Positions 19,849 through 28,849 of a stretch of 49,761 bases of DNA are shown piece by piece (the first letter of the stretch is position 1; the number at the start of each line of letters is the position of its first letter). This stretch comes from Minisyncoccota bacterium. GTDB taxonomy: Bacteria; Patescibacteriota; Minisyncoccia; UBA6257; 2-01-FULL-56-20. The DNA lies in contig JARLIC010000137.1 in the NCBI GenBank assembly GCA_031291905.1, positions 1-49,761 of the forward strand. Reading direction: 5' to 3'. The position numbers and the translations under genes were made by a program. Below the pieces are notes generated by a model. The model was given only the letters and a program-made list of their open reading frames with translations, did not search any database and was not told the origin of the DNA.

Positions 19849-20964
19849 ATGACGACCATGCTGACCGCCGAGATGAGCGTTGACGAGGCTTTGTTGGTCC
19901 TTCGCCGCAAGCCGGTGGGGCAGGCCGAGCACGGGGTTGCTCGTGCGGCCCTGCTGCTGCTGAGGGGCATTGGGATGGGCCAGGCGTCGATCGAGCGGGA
20001 GGCCATGCGTACGCTGTCCTACAGCGAAGAGCTTGTTCTGGTGGAGTTCTGAGGGGATGTGCAGGGGATGGGCCTCCGGGGTGTTCCTGGGGGCTGTGCA
20101 GGGGCGGCTGACACAAGGAGCTAGACCGATGACAAGAACAATGAACGACGTCCTGACTGCGATCGAGGTGGACGACAAGATCGGTGATGCCACCGACGGC
20201 ATGTACGGTGCGGTAGGCGTCACGGCTGTCGTGGTTCGCGAGGTGAGCCGTAGTGAGTCCAGGGACGGGTTTCCGGAGTGGGCCGTGGAAGTGGTCGGTG
20301 ATGGCTTTCGGTGCGTCCTGAAGGCTTTCAGGCACGACCACAAGCAGGCCGCTGTGATCTACGCCAGCGAGGTTGCGGACGCCATGGGGCTGAATGTGGG
20401 CTGACAAACTAGGTGCATAGGAGATGGCGTGACGAAGGACGACAAGCCAAAGCCGACCGGCCACGTCAATCCTGTGCGAGTCTTGGCCAGAGGAAGGACT
20501 AGCCCGCACGCCGTGTACGCAACCGTCGTTTGCGAGGACGAGGATGGCACGGAATGGTCGTTTGATGTGGCGGCTTTCAACTTCGACCTCAAGCCGAACA
20601 GAGGGGAGGGCAAGCCGTGACCAGTGAGCAAGCCAAGCAAGCCGCCGACAAGGAACCAGACAACTACTCCAGTCCCTACGATGACGACTACCAAGCCGAA
20701 CCCCAGCACTGCGACGGGAGGCAGTTGAAGTATCTAAGGTTTATGGCTGGACTAGTCCGCGATCGTGCGACGTGGTTCGTGGCTGACTGCGAGATCAGCC
20801 AACATTACAATAAGGAAGACCCTAAGCCGGAACTGATGAAGGACCTGCTGGCGATCGAGAAGCATGTTGCAAACCTGAGGGCGGCAACCGAGAAGTGCAT
20901 TGCCGATGGGCCAAACGGAAACGACACGCCAGAACTGCCGGACTGGGCGAAAAGCTGGGAGTGA
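19849..20964 (+). CDS. Cassette of hypothetical proteins (19849..20052, 20129..20404, 20429..20620, 20617..20964)
   Basis: RBS for each; downstream of the promoter. Confidence 0.7.
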
Positions 20965-21120
20965 CCAGGGCAACGCCGACGCATAACCGAATGGGCTCCG
21001 AGGGGGAAAGCCATGGCTGCCGACGATCCGCACCCCCGCGAGTCTCGAAGACGACAGCGAAGCCTAGGAACCTATTCCGAGTTTATCCAATACCGCGATA
21101 AACTCTGTATAACTCGATCT

Positions 21121-21197
21121 AGCCAGGCAAGGATGACGCGGTCGACAACGGCACCAACGCCAATGTCGGCCCCTAGGTTCGACTCCTAGGCTGGCTC
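21121..21197 (+). ncRNA. Non-canonical tRNA-like element
   Basis: Acceptor AGCCAG/CTGGCT; perfect T-arm CTAGG-TTCGACT-CCTAG; central stem GTCGACA/TGTCGGC with inner GGC/GCC; no D-stem, no 7-nt anticodon loop, no CCA. Confidence 0.55.
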
Positions 21198-21309
21198 TCT
21201 CGCCCCGTAAGCTGTGAGTGGGGGCGGGTCGTCGTGCGGCTGGACAGGTTACACCAACAGCGTGAACCAAGCGACGTTAACCGCAGCAAGCTATCAGTGA
21301 GGCACGCCG

Positions 21310-21351
21310 GCCCCCTGTCCGCGACCGACCATCGCAGGCAGGGGGCTTTTT
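21310..21351 (+). terminator. Rho-independent terminator
   Basis: GCCCCCTGTC.GCGA...TCGC.GGCAGGGGGC + TTTTT. Confidence 0.85.
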
Positions 21352-21392
21352 CATGCAACGAAAGAAAAGCAAGGAAATTCTGCCACACCCAC

Positions 21393-21421
21393 TTGACGTG
21401 TAGCTACACGCGGCGTATAGT
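21393..21421 (+). promoter_or_regulatory. Sigma70-type promoter with palindromic operator
   Basis: TTGACG-17 bp-TATAGT; perfect 14-bp palindrome CGTGTAGCTACACG at 21397-21410. Confidence 0.85.
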
Positions 21422-21467
21422 TTGGGTGCGGAGACGAGAGACGCGAGGATGAATCGGGAGATGACCG

Positions 21468-21812
21468 ATGACCACCCGGAAGCTTGCCATCGCCCTGTTG
21501 CACAACCACTTCGACGCCGACCATCTTGAGCAGGTCAAGGCCGAGATGGCGACGATGGGAGCCCCGACGATCCGTGTAGCTTGGCACGCAGGCGGCGTGT
21601 GGGTGGCCCTTGAGGGGTGCCATCGTCTTCGGGCCGCCAAGGCTCTCGGGCTGACTCCGGTGATCATTCCGGTCGAATACGACGACGAGACGACGACCGA
21701 AGACGCTGGATTCACCGACGACGAGCTGCCGGATGTCCTTGTAATCGCCGACGTCGTAGACAAGGCGTCGAACCGGTTGATCCTGGATTTCGAGCCGCAA
21801 GATGATGACTGA
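21468..21812 (+). CDS. ParB/Srx N-terminal-like protein
   Basis: PTIRV...WVALEGCHRLRAAKALGL (GxHRL motif). Confidence 0.7.
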   Translation: MTTRKLAIALLHNHFDADHLEQVKAEMATMGAPTIRVAWHAGGVWVALEGCHRLRAAKALGLTPVIIPVEYDDETTTEDAGFTDDELPDVLVIADVVDKASNRLILDFEPQDDD

Positions 21813-22143
21813 CACGCTCCTTTCAGCCCCGCTGGATAGTCCAGCGGGCCACCCGCATGCCAAGAAATGCCCAATGACGATCTACCACAACCAAGACGAC
21901 GCCCCCCTGAATATCCCAGCCGGCATGGTCCGAATCTCGGGCGTCCGCGATCTCAACGACGACACGCTCTGGATGGCCGCCGAGGACGACGACAGGATTG
22001 CTTTCTTTGACGCCTACGGCCGTCCGGTCGACGACCGTAAGTACATCACATTGCACATCTACGCTGACGTTCCGGCTGAGCAAGTCCCCGCGTTTTTCGA
22101 GTGGCTGACGACGACTGGGCTCCGGTTGGACGAGTTGCGATGA
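21802..22143 (+). CDS. Hypothetical protein
   Basis: Coupled ORF. Confidence 0.6.
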   Translation: MMTDTLLSAPLDSPAGHPHAKKCPMTIYHNQDDAPLNIPAGMVRISGVRDLNDDTLWMAAEDDDRIAFFDAYGRPVDDRKYITLHIYADVPAEQVPAFFEWLTTTGLRLDELR

Positions 22144-22706
22144 GCGTCGATCGTCTCAGGTTGCTGCACGGCCCTTATGCCGCGCCGGCCGTCGGACGCG
22201 GTGACGTGTTGACTTGCGAACGCCTAGGCCGCGAGGTCCGCGTCGGCGGCCTGAGCGACGCCCCGATCCCATGGCCCCGCGTACTCAAGACGGGGTCGCC
22301 GTCGCTCATCCTATGCGAAGACCTGGCCCGAGCCGTGCGGACAGAGAGCGAGATCGCCGTCTCCCATCACTGGGGCGTCGGCGTCGTGACGGTCTGGGCC
22401 TGGCGCAAGGCGCTGGGCGTCGGCCGCGTCACGGAAGGGACGAGCCGGCTGCATCGTGAATACAAGCCGATCAAGCTGCCCGACGACGTCGCGGCCGAGG
22501 GCCGCCGCCAGGCCGCATTGCCCGAGAATCGAGCGAAGATGGCCGAGGCGAAACGAGGCTCGTTATTGCCGCCGCAGACCCGCGCCGCGCTCCTCGCGGC
22601 TGTCAAGGGCCGCAAGCAGCCGCCTGATCAGATCCGCAAGCGGGTTGAATCGCGCAAGGCCGCCAAGGCGGCTCGCCGCGCCGCCCGTGAATCAAAGGAC
22701 ATCTGA
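22140..22706 (+). CDS. Putative DNA-binding protein (HTH plus NUMOD3-like motifs)
   Basis: ESEIAVSHHWGVGVVTVWAWRKALGV; ENRAKMAEAKRG; KGRKQPPDQIRKRVESRK. Confidence 0.6.
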   Translation: MSVDRLRLLHGPYAAPAVGRGDVLTCERLGREVRVGGLSDAPIPWPRVLKTGSPSLILCEDLARAVRTESEIAVSHHWGVGVVTVWAWRKALGVGRVTEGTSRLHREYKPIKLPDDVAAEGRRQAALPENRAKMAEAKRGSLLPPQTRAALLAAVKGRKQPPDQIRKRVESRKAAKAARRAARESKDI

Positions 22707-22891
22707 TGCCAGCCATCCCCCCGAGCCAAATCCGCATCCCCGAGGTCACGCAGGCCAAGATCGCCGACCTGAAGGTGAGATGGGGCGGTATCTCGCCAGC
22801 CACGCGAACAGACGTGGTAATCAGATCGATCGATATCGCCCACGCCGCCGAGTTCGACGCGAAGAAGAAACCGAAGTCAGCGAAAGCCTGA
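22706..22891 (+). CDS. Small ribbon-helix-helix-like protein
   Basis: SQIRIPEVTQAKIADL...TRTDVVIRSID. Confidence 0.55.
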   Translation: MPAIPPSQIRIPEVTQAKIADLKVRWGGISPATRTDVVIRSIDIAHAAEFDAKKKPKSAKA

Positions 22892-22899
22892 TCAACCGC

Positions 22900-22923
22900 A
22901 GCCCTGGGAGACCAGGGCTTTTT
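22900..22923 (+). terminator. Rho-independent terminator
   Basis: AGCCCTGG-gaga-CCAGGGCT + T-run. Confidence 0.9.
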
Positions 22924-22962
22924 CATGCGCCAAACCAAAAGCAAGAAATTTTCCTTACTGTC

Positions 22963-22990
22963 TTGACATGCCAACAATATGTGGTATAGT
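22963..22990 (+). promoter_or_regulatory. Strong sigma70-type promoter
   Basis: TTGACA-16 bp-TATAGT with TGn extension. Confidence 0.85.
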
Positions 22991-23045
22991 TGGGACAGTG
23001 AGAGCAAGGGAGCAAGAGAAAAACCTAAACACAGGGAGCAGAGCC

Positions 23046-24347
23046 ATGACCACCATCAAGAACACTTTCCACAACACCACGGCCCGCACTGTTAAGACCG
23101 CCGACCAGATCGACGCCATCCGCGAGCGGGTCCAGTACCACGAGGCCAACGACGCCGAGCGAGCCCTGATCCGTCGCATCGACAATAAGCTGTGCGGCAT
23201 CAAGGATTGCTGCTGCGGCGGGTTCACGGTCATCAGCTAACCCCAACCACGAAAGGACCAACCATGCCACCTCTGCCGATCGACGCCAACGCTCGCAAGC
23301 AAGCCCAAAGCCTTGAAGCACGATCGGCACGGGCCAGGCGATACAGTCTCCTCCAAGCACGACGCGACTACTATCAGCGTTCACGCACTATTCGCTATGC
23401 CGCTCGTTTCATCAACATCTGACCACAAGGAACAATCCCATGTCCGAACATCAAGCCGCCTGCTATCAGCTCATGAATCAGCGATCCATCCTCAAAGCCG
23501 AGTACCGCATGTACCGCAACATGTTGACCACCTCAAACAAGGGCGATGGTCGGTATTGGGAGATCGGCCGAATGATGGAAAACTTGCACAAAGACATCAG
23601 CCGCATGACCAAAATCATCAAGGGAAAATGAGGTTGTTTTTGGTTAACCAAAATTCATGTTTTAGGCTAACCAAAAAATCCGCTCTAAGACAACTTGTCT
23701 GAGCCCACCCATTAATTAGCCAATCATCTAACTACTACGCGGTGTAGTAGATCGACGAAAGGCTTAGTCGAGTCCCAACTCCAATCCTCAATCCACGTTA
23801 GGAGCAAGCCATGCGATCGGAAACCTACTATACCCTGCGAAACATCAAAGCCTGTTGGGAGTCCGGCAAGGTCAGTGCGATCGAAGCCGCTTATGCCATG
23901 CTCGCGGGCATGTCAGGGGAGTTCATCGTCGAGAAGCACGACACGGTTTGCGGCCTCATGGGATGCCATCGCATCTCGATCACAAAGATGGCCAAGATTG
24001 ACTAACGGTTAATCTTTTCGCCCATCCAAAACCATGAAGTTTCTTTCAGGAGATTGGTCATGACGAAGAAAAAAGCTCCGTTTAAGTTCTTAGTGCTTCG
24101 GGAGATCACTGGCCATTTCTTGGATGCTGCCGCCCAAGACGTTCATGGAACTCTCAATGCGGTGGGAATCCGTTGCTCCGTGCCGGAGTTCTACGAGGGA
24201 GCGGGAATGCTTCAGGAATCTGGACTTATCGAGGTTTCTTTTCGGCACGCGGGTGCCGATGACGAATTCGCCCTCCTGCGTTGCTACCGCATCACCTCGC
24301 TTGGCAAAGCCGCATTAGCCGACGCTCTTGAAACCTACGAATTCTGA
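23046..24347 (+). CDS. Small hypothetical proteins (23046..23240, 23263..23422, 23440..23631, 23811..24005) and a winged-helix-like protein (24060..24347)
   Basis: RBS for each; 24060 has LQESGLIEV...YRITSLGKAAL (PadR-like wing). Confidence 0.65.
23637..23771. repeat. Cluster of inverted repeats in an AT-rich intergenic region
   Basis: TTTTGGTTAACCAAAA (23638-23653) and a degenerate copy at 23660-23678; AGACAA-c-TTGTCT; CTACTAC/GTAGTAG; TCGAC/GTCGA. Confidence 0.8.
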
Positions 24348-24359
24348 GGAGTGGAGGCC

Positions 24360-24976
24360 ATGACAAAGAAAACCCGAGAAACTATCCTCGCGGCGGCTAA
24401 CTTGATTCGGCAAGGCTGGGCGCAAAAAGTGGGCCACAAATACGTGGACGGCAAACACTACTATTGCATGCTTGCAGCATTGGCTAAATTTGAGCCTCCG
24501 CACGATTTCAGTGCGGCATTTGAAGTCAGTAAATACCTGAACGGCCGTGGGCACTGCGGAATCACAGCTTACAACGACGCTCCGGGTCGCACACAAGCCG
24601 AAGTGATTGCTTTACTCGAAGCCGTGGCTAATCAAATGGGAGACGAATCGTGACGCACGAAACCCGAGAGGTGTCGCTGCGAGCCCGCGATCTGGTGGAT
24701 CAGGGGTGGTGTAAAAATGATTACAAGGTCGAGATTGCCGGATCTTGGCGCTACTGCGTCGTTGCGGCGATCCATACCGCCGACGATCGAAGTTGTACGC
24801 ACACCAATGAAATCGTGCGTCTTGCATGCAAGCACCTGTCGATTCCGGTTAGCCCGACGTCTCTAGGTTCTTGGAACGACCGTCCATACCGCACCCAAGC
24901 CGAGGTGGTCGCCCTACTCGAAGCCGTCGCCAGCCAGTCCGATCCGTTGGCAGGTTGGCGTGAAATCGAAGTCTGA
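24360..24976 (+). CDS. Tandem DUF6197-like proteins, copies 2 and 3 (24360..24653; 24650..24976)
   Basis: A..L..QGW...YC...A...(Y/W)ND.P.RTQAEV.ALLEAVA. Confidence 0.7.
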
Positions 24977-25006
24977 TCCCCTGGCCAACGCACAGGAGTC
25001 CGCAGA

Positions 25007-25264
25007 ATGACGCGATCCAAGCTTCGTCGTGCGATCCGAGAGAAGATCGATGAAAAGCTCAGCTCGCTCGCGACTTCCGAGATTCGCAGCCTGCTTGTCT
25101 TGATTGCCGACACCATGGTCGATTACCTCGATGAGGAATCGCAATTCTACGACGCAGACGACTGCTTCATTGAGGTGAAATCCGTGCTCAATGACGCGGG
25201 GATCGATCCCGAACAGATTGGACGCGAAATTCTTGAAGCTGAGCAAGAGAATTCCCTTGATTAG
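25007..25264 (+). CDS. Acidic hypothetical protein
   Basis: AGGAG RBS. Confidence 0.7.
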   Translation: MTRSKLRRAIREKIDEKLSSLATSEIRSLLVLIADTMVDYLDEESQFYDADDCFIEVKSVLNDAGIDPEQIGREILEAEQENSLD

Positions 25265-25266
25265 CC

Positions 25267-25295
25267 TTGCAAACATGCAAGCGATTTGCTAAACT
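25267..25295 (+). promoter_or_regulatory. Sigma70-type promoter for the putative ncRNA
   Basis: TTGCAA-17 bp-TAAACT with TGn extension. Confidence 0.65.
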
Positions 25296-25301
25296 ACAAA
25301 A

Positions 25302-25744
25302 TAGGGAAAGAAGAGGTCTGTTCGACGTTCCGGGTTTCGGCCCGGCGGTGCTCCGGGGCTCCTGTCAGTAGGCCCGGTGATTCCTCCTAAGCTCGTAAGG
25401 GCCACGAGGACGGGCATCAGGTTAAAACCTCCCTGAGTGATGCTAGGCCGTGCAAAGGGGCGGCCGAATCAGGCTAGCGAAACCAGCTTTCCCGCAATCG
25501 CGGGTTTTCCGGGCAACGGGCAGGTAATCGATCCTGCAATGGGCCAGACGTCCCGGTCTAAATGTGATGAGCAAGAAAAAAAAGCCGGAAGCGAAGTTAG
25601 CCCGAAGCATCTGAAAGAGCCAGCAGACGTCGAACACCGGGATGGGCAAAAGACCCTAGATCACTAGGGATTGGCCCTTTCCACGCCTTGAGCTAGACAG
25701 AATGACGCAGGGCAGGGGGTGGGCTTAGGCTCATCCCTTTTTTT
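25302..25744 (+). ncRNA. Candidate large structured non-coding RNA (class not recognised)
   Basis: Own promoter and terminator; no ORF with an RBS; at least 12 mutually compatible helices, including long-range 25319-25328/25627-25636 and a loop pseudoknot. Confidence 0.7.
25714..25744 (+). terminator. Rho-independent terminator
   Basis: GGGGGTGGGC-ttag-GCTCATCCCT + T-run. Confidence 0.85.
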
Positions 25745-25793
25745 GTTGGTATTCGGCTCGACTCAGGATTCCGCAAACGGCAATGGAAATGTC

Positions 25794-25821
25794 TTGCTTT
25801 CTGGGGATTGTGTGGTATTAT
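25794..25821 (+). promoter_or_regulatory. Sigma70-type promoter
   Basis: TTGCTT-16 bp-TATTAT with TGn extension; AGACGA leader. Confidence 0.7.
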
Positions 25822-25881
25822 TGGGATGTAAGACGAAACGAGACACGAACGCAACGCCAACCACGAACGGGAGACAGACAG

Positions 25882-26121
25882 ATGATCGCAAACAGCAAGA
25901 TGAAAGCGAATTACTACGGCAAATGGGCTGCGGCCCGCAAGGCTTACGCCGAGATCATCAAGCACATCGAAGCCGGAGGACGAGTCGCTATCGCGTCGTA
26001 CACGAAGCCGCGAGTTCTTTCGGACGCCAGGTGGTTCAAGTGCGGTCGCGATGGGGTTTACATCGCACGCGGGAAGAACTGGGATTACCTGTTCGCTGAA
26101 GCGATTCGGCTTGTCGACTGA
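25882..26121 (+). CDS. Hypothetical protein
   Basis: GGGAG RBS. Confidence 0.7.
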   Translation: MIANSKMKANYYGKWAAARKAYAEIIKHIEAGGRVAIASYTKPRVLSDARWFKCGRDGVYIARGKNWDYLFAEAIRLVD

Positions 26122-26163
26122 CCTTGGCGTCCAAATAACGAATATCATATCAAGGAAAACCAA

Positions 26164-26832
26164 TTGCACTATCACCTAGAAATCATCATGCCGCCGGTCG
26201 ATGACATCAAAGCGGCGATCGAACAGGTCCTCAAGCCGTTCGACGAGAATGGCGAGAATGAAGACGGGAACCGCAGCAATCACGCATTCTGGGATTTCTA
26301 CGTCATCGGCGGCCGATTCGCTGGGGTGAAACTGGAGGCGATGTTCGACGCGGATCGACTGAGGGCGTTCAACACCGAACTGGCAAACCAGAAAGTCACG
26401 GTCAGAGGCGTTCAGTTCGGGAAACAGGAGCTGGCACCGTCCAGTCAGATTCCGATGGTTGACGCTCTCTGGTGCGAGTCGTTCCCTGAATCGCCGATCA
26501 AGGTTTGCCCGATGTTCCGGCACTACAACGACCAGCACGAGGACAGCAACGGATTTCCCGACATCATGCGTCTCGGCGACGTTCCGGCATCGCTGAAGGC
26601 ATTCCGCGTCATCGTGGCAGGGCCGAATCATAGAGGTGAACTGGAAGCCACCTACATGATCCAAGGCGACATGTGGAACGGCGTCAGTTGGGTTGATACC
26701 CGATGGGATGGGCTGGTCCGCTCGACGGTCGACGCGCTGCGAGAAAAGCTTGGCGACTACAAGCCAGAGTACGCGGCTAGGAACACGCCGAACGATGATT
26801 GGCTGGCCGTGACCGTCGATTACCACTCGTGA
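26164..26832 (+). CDS. Conserved phage hypothetical protein
   Basis: MHY...L.PF.EN...WDFYVIGGRF...VDYH pattern. Confidence 0.75.
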   Translation: MHYHLEIIMPPVDDIKAAIEQVLKPFDENGENEDGNRSNHAFWDFYVIGGRFAGVKLEAMFDADRLRAFNTELANQKVTVRGVQFGKQELAPSSQIPMVDALWCESFPESPIKVCPMFRHYNDQHEDSNGFPDIMRLGDVPASLKAFRVIVAGPNHRGELEATYMIQGDMWNGVSWVDTRWDGLVRSTVDALREKLGDYKPEYAARNTPNDDWLAVTVDYHS

Positions 26833-26911
26833 TTCGTTGCGTCTCACCCACGATACGCTGAGCGTCCAGCGTATCACCAAACCGGGAATCTGATACACAA
26901 GGAACCTTCTC

Positions 26912-27643
26912 ATGCTTGCTCTAACCGAACGCCGTCGCCCCGAAACCCTTTCCAAGATCGTCGGCCAGTCATTCGCGGTCATGAGCCTGACCGATTTCGT
27001 CGATCAACCCTATCCCCAAGCGTTCCTGTTCTCCGGTTCGACCGGCGTTGGCAAGACGACGGCCGCGCTGGCTCTGGTCAAGGAACTCGGGATCAACGAC
27101 CAGAATTTCATCCACATCAAGTCGGGCGAGATGGACGCGGAGTCGGTCAAGTCGGCTCTCGACCTGTGCCGATTCGTCGGCCTGGGCAACGGTTGGAAGT
27201 TGATCTTGTGCGACGAAGCGGACTTAATGTCGACGAAAGCCCGGTCACTCTGGCTCTCGGCTCTCGAAGCCTTGCAGTCGGGCGAGTACGGCAAGACTGT
27301 GATCGTCTTCACGACCAACGATCCCGGCCGGTTCGACGCACGGTTCCGGGATCGATGCGAACATCTGGAATTCGAGAGCGAGGCCAAGGCACTCTATCTG
27401 GACGCGGAAGGACTCTTGGCTGACCTCTGGTGGTCCGAGGGGCTAGCCGGTGTGCCGCCCGCTCTGGATGCGATCAGGGGGCTTGTGGTGGACGGTGCGA
27501 TATCCTTTCGTCGTCTGGTTCGGTTCGTCGAGAGCGAGTCACGTCGTCCTCGCGACTTGGCTGGGGCTCGACTGGCGAAGATCGCGGCGAGTAAGCCGGT
27601 TGCGAGCGTTGCGAAACCCGTTTCGTCTTGCGTTTTGCTCTGA
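26912..27643 (+). CDS. Clamp-loader-clade AAA+ ATPase (DnaX/RFC N-terminal-like)
   Basis: RRPETLSKIVGQ; Walker A GSTGVGKTT; Walker B LILCDEAD; FTTN; DRC (SRC-like). Confidence 0.85.
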   Translation: MLALTERRRPETLSKIVGQSFAVMSLTDFVDQPYPQAFLFSGSTGVGKTTAALALVKELGINDQNFIHIKSGEMDAESVKSALDLCRFVGLGNGWKLILCDEADLMSTKARSLWLSALEALQSGEYGKTVIVFTTNDPGRFDARFRDRCEHLEFESEAKALYLDAEGLLADLWWSEGLAGVPPALDAIRGLVVDGAISFRRLVRFVESESRRPRDLAGARLAKIAASKPVASVAKPVSSCVLL

Positions 27644-27652
27644 GGAGAAGCC

Positions 27653-28831
27653 ATGAAAACGATTTGTGGAATCAACATCAAGCTTGAGAACGGGATTCGC
27701 TACTTGGCATCGTGCCGCGAAGTTATCGATTGCGGCGAACGAACAGGGTACTACGAGGTTGCCATACGTGCTGTGTCCGCCAAGGGAAAGCGAATCGGAC
27801 GGTGGGAGGCCACGCACGACGGGTTGACTCGGAGTCGGGCTGAGCAGTTCGTGGTCGAGTTCAATGGGCCTAGTGGGTCGCCTATCGTCTGGCAAGAGAG
27901 CGAAGAACCTTTGTTCGCCTGTATGTCTTAAGGAGCCAATATATGATTTCTGTGATCTGCCACACAAACCTAGACCTATCTTTCGAGCGATGGCCGGACA
28001 AGCTTCCAGCCGTTCCGAGGGTCGGGGATACGATTCAATCCAAGACCATACATGGAGATTTTCGGCTATCGCTTCAAGTCATCTCCGTGCGGTGGGACTA
28101 TTTCCCGTCGTATGACGACTATATGCCACGCATTGAACTGCACATGACGGAGTTTCAAAAGCGGTTGCCAGGAAGGCGAGAAGGAGCGGAGACCGGTTCA
28201 ATCACGGCGTTCTACGAATGGTATGCGCCGCTAGTCGGCCGAACAGTCTCGTCATTTATTTGAGGAGAAGCCATGAAACGCATCACATGGAAATGCAACA
28301 GCGAAAGCCTCGCATCTGATTGCGGCCGGTTTACGATTCACTTGGTACACCTGGCCCCGGGTCATCCTGGCTGCTGGATACTCAAGGATTTGCAAACCGA
28401 GAAGAAATACCCACGTCGATCGGAGAAGGAAGCCAAGACGATGGCGCGAGCCATCCTGAACAGCAAACACTGAGGAGAAAGCCATGCAGCCCCTAACCAA
28501 GTACCTCGTTAAAGAATTCGAGCCCGGCGACAGCCAGGATTTCAAGATCCACCTTGTCGACGACTACGCTGAGTCTAGCGAATCGACAATCTGGCACTGG
28601 ATCAAACGCGCTGCGCGATCAGGTCTTGAAATTTACGTCGAGTTTGTCGAGTCGCCGATTCTCCGGATGCCTGGCCAGCATCCCTATAAGGAATACCTCG
28701 TGATTGACAACCGGGAAGGCAAACGGGCAAAATCGCTCGTGTGGGTCGACGATCTTGAGCCGTGGATCGACCTAGCCAACAGCGAAGACGTGGCGATCCA
28801 TCCCCTTACCTGCGTTCTCGACCTTTCCTGA
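27653..28831 (+). CDS. Hypothetical proteins (27653..27931, 27943..28263, 28273..28473, 28484..28831)
   Basis: Three of the four are preceded by the joint TGAGGAGAA(A)GCCATG. Confidence 0.75.
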
Positions 28832-28849
28832 GGACGTGAGTGCGACACG

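Noticed and set aside
21121-21197. Canonical tRNA gene
   Set aside because: No D-stem, no 7-nt anticodon loop and a G-G mismatch at acceptor pair 7, so no anticodon can be assigned.
25437-25667. ORF inside the candidate ncRNA (and antisense ORF 25443..25649)
   Set aside because: No RBS, starts ~135 nt after the predicted TSS, and the sequence is better explained by base-pairing.
25302-25744. Identity as tmRNA, RNase P, group I/II intron or CsrB-like sponge
   Set aside because: No 3' T-arm or CCA, no GAGGAAAGUCC P4 signature, no recognisable domain V and no interrupted host gene; only about five GGA motifs, not displayed in repeated loops.
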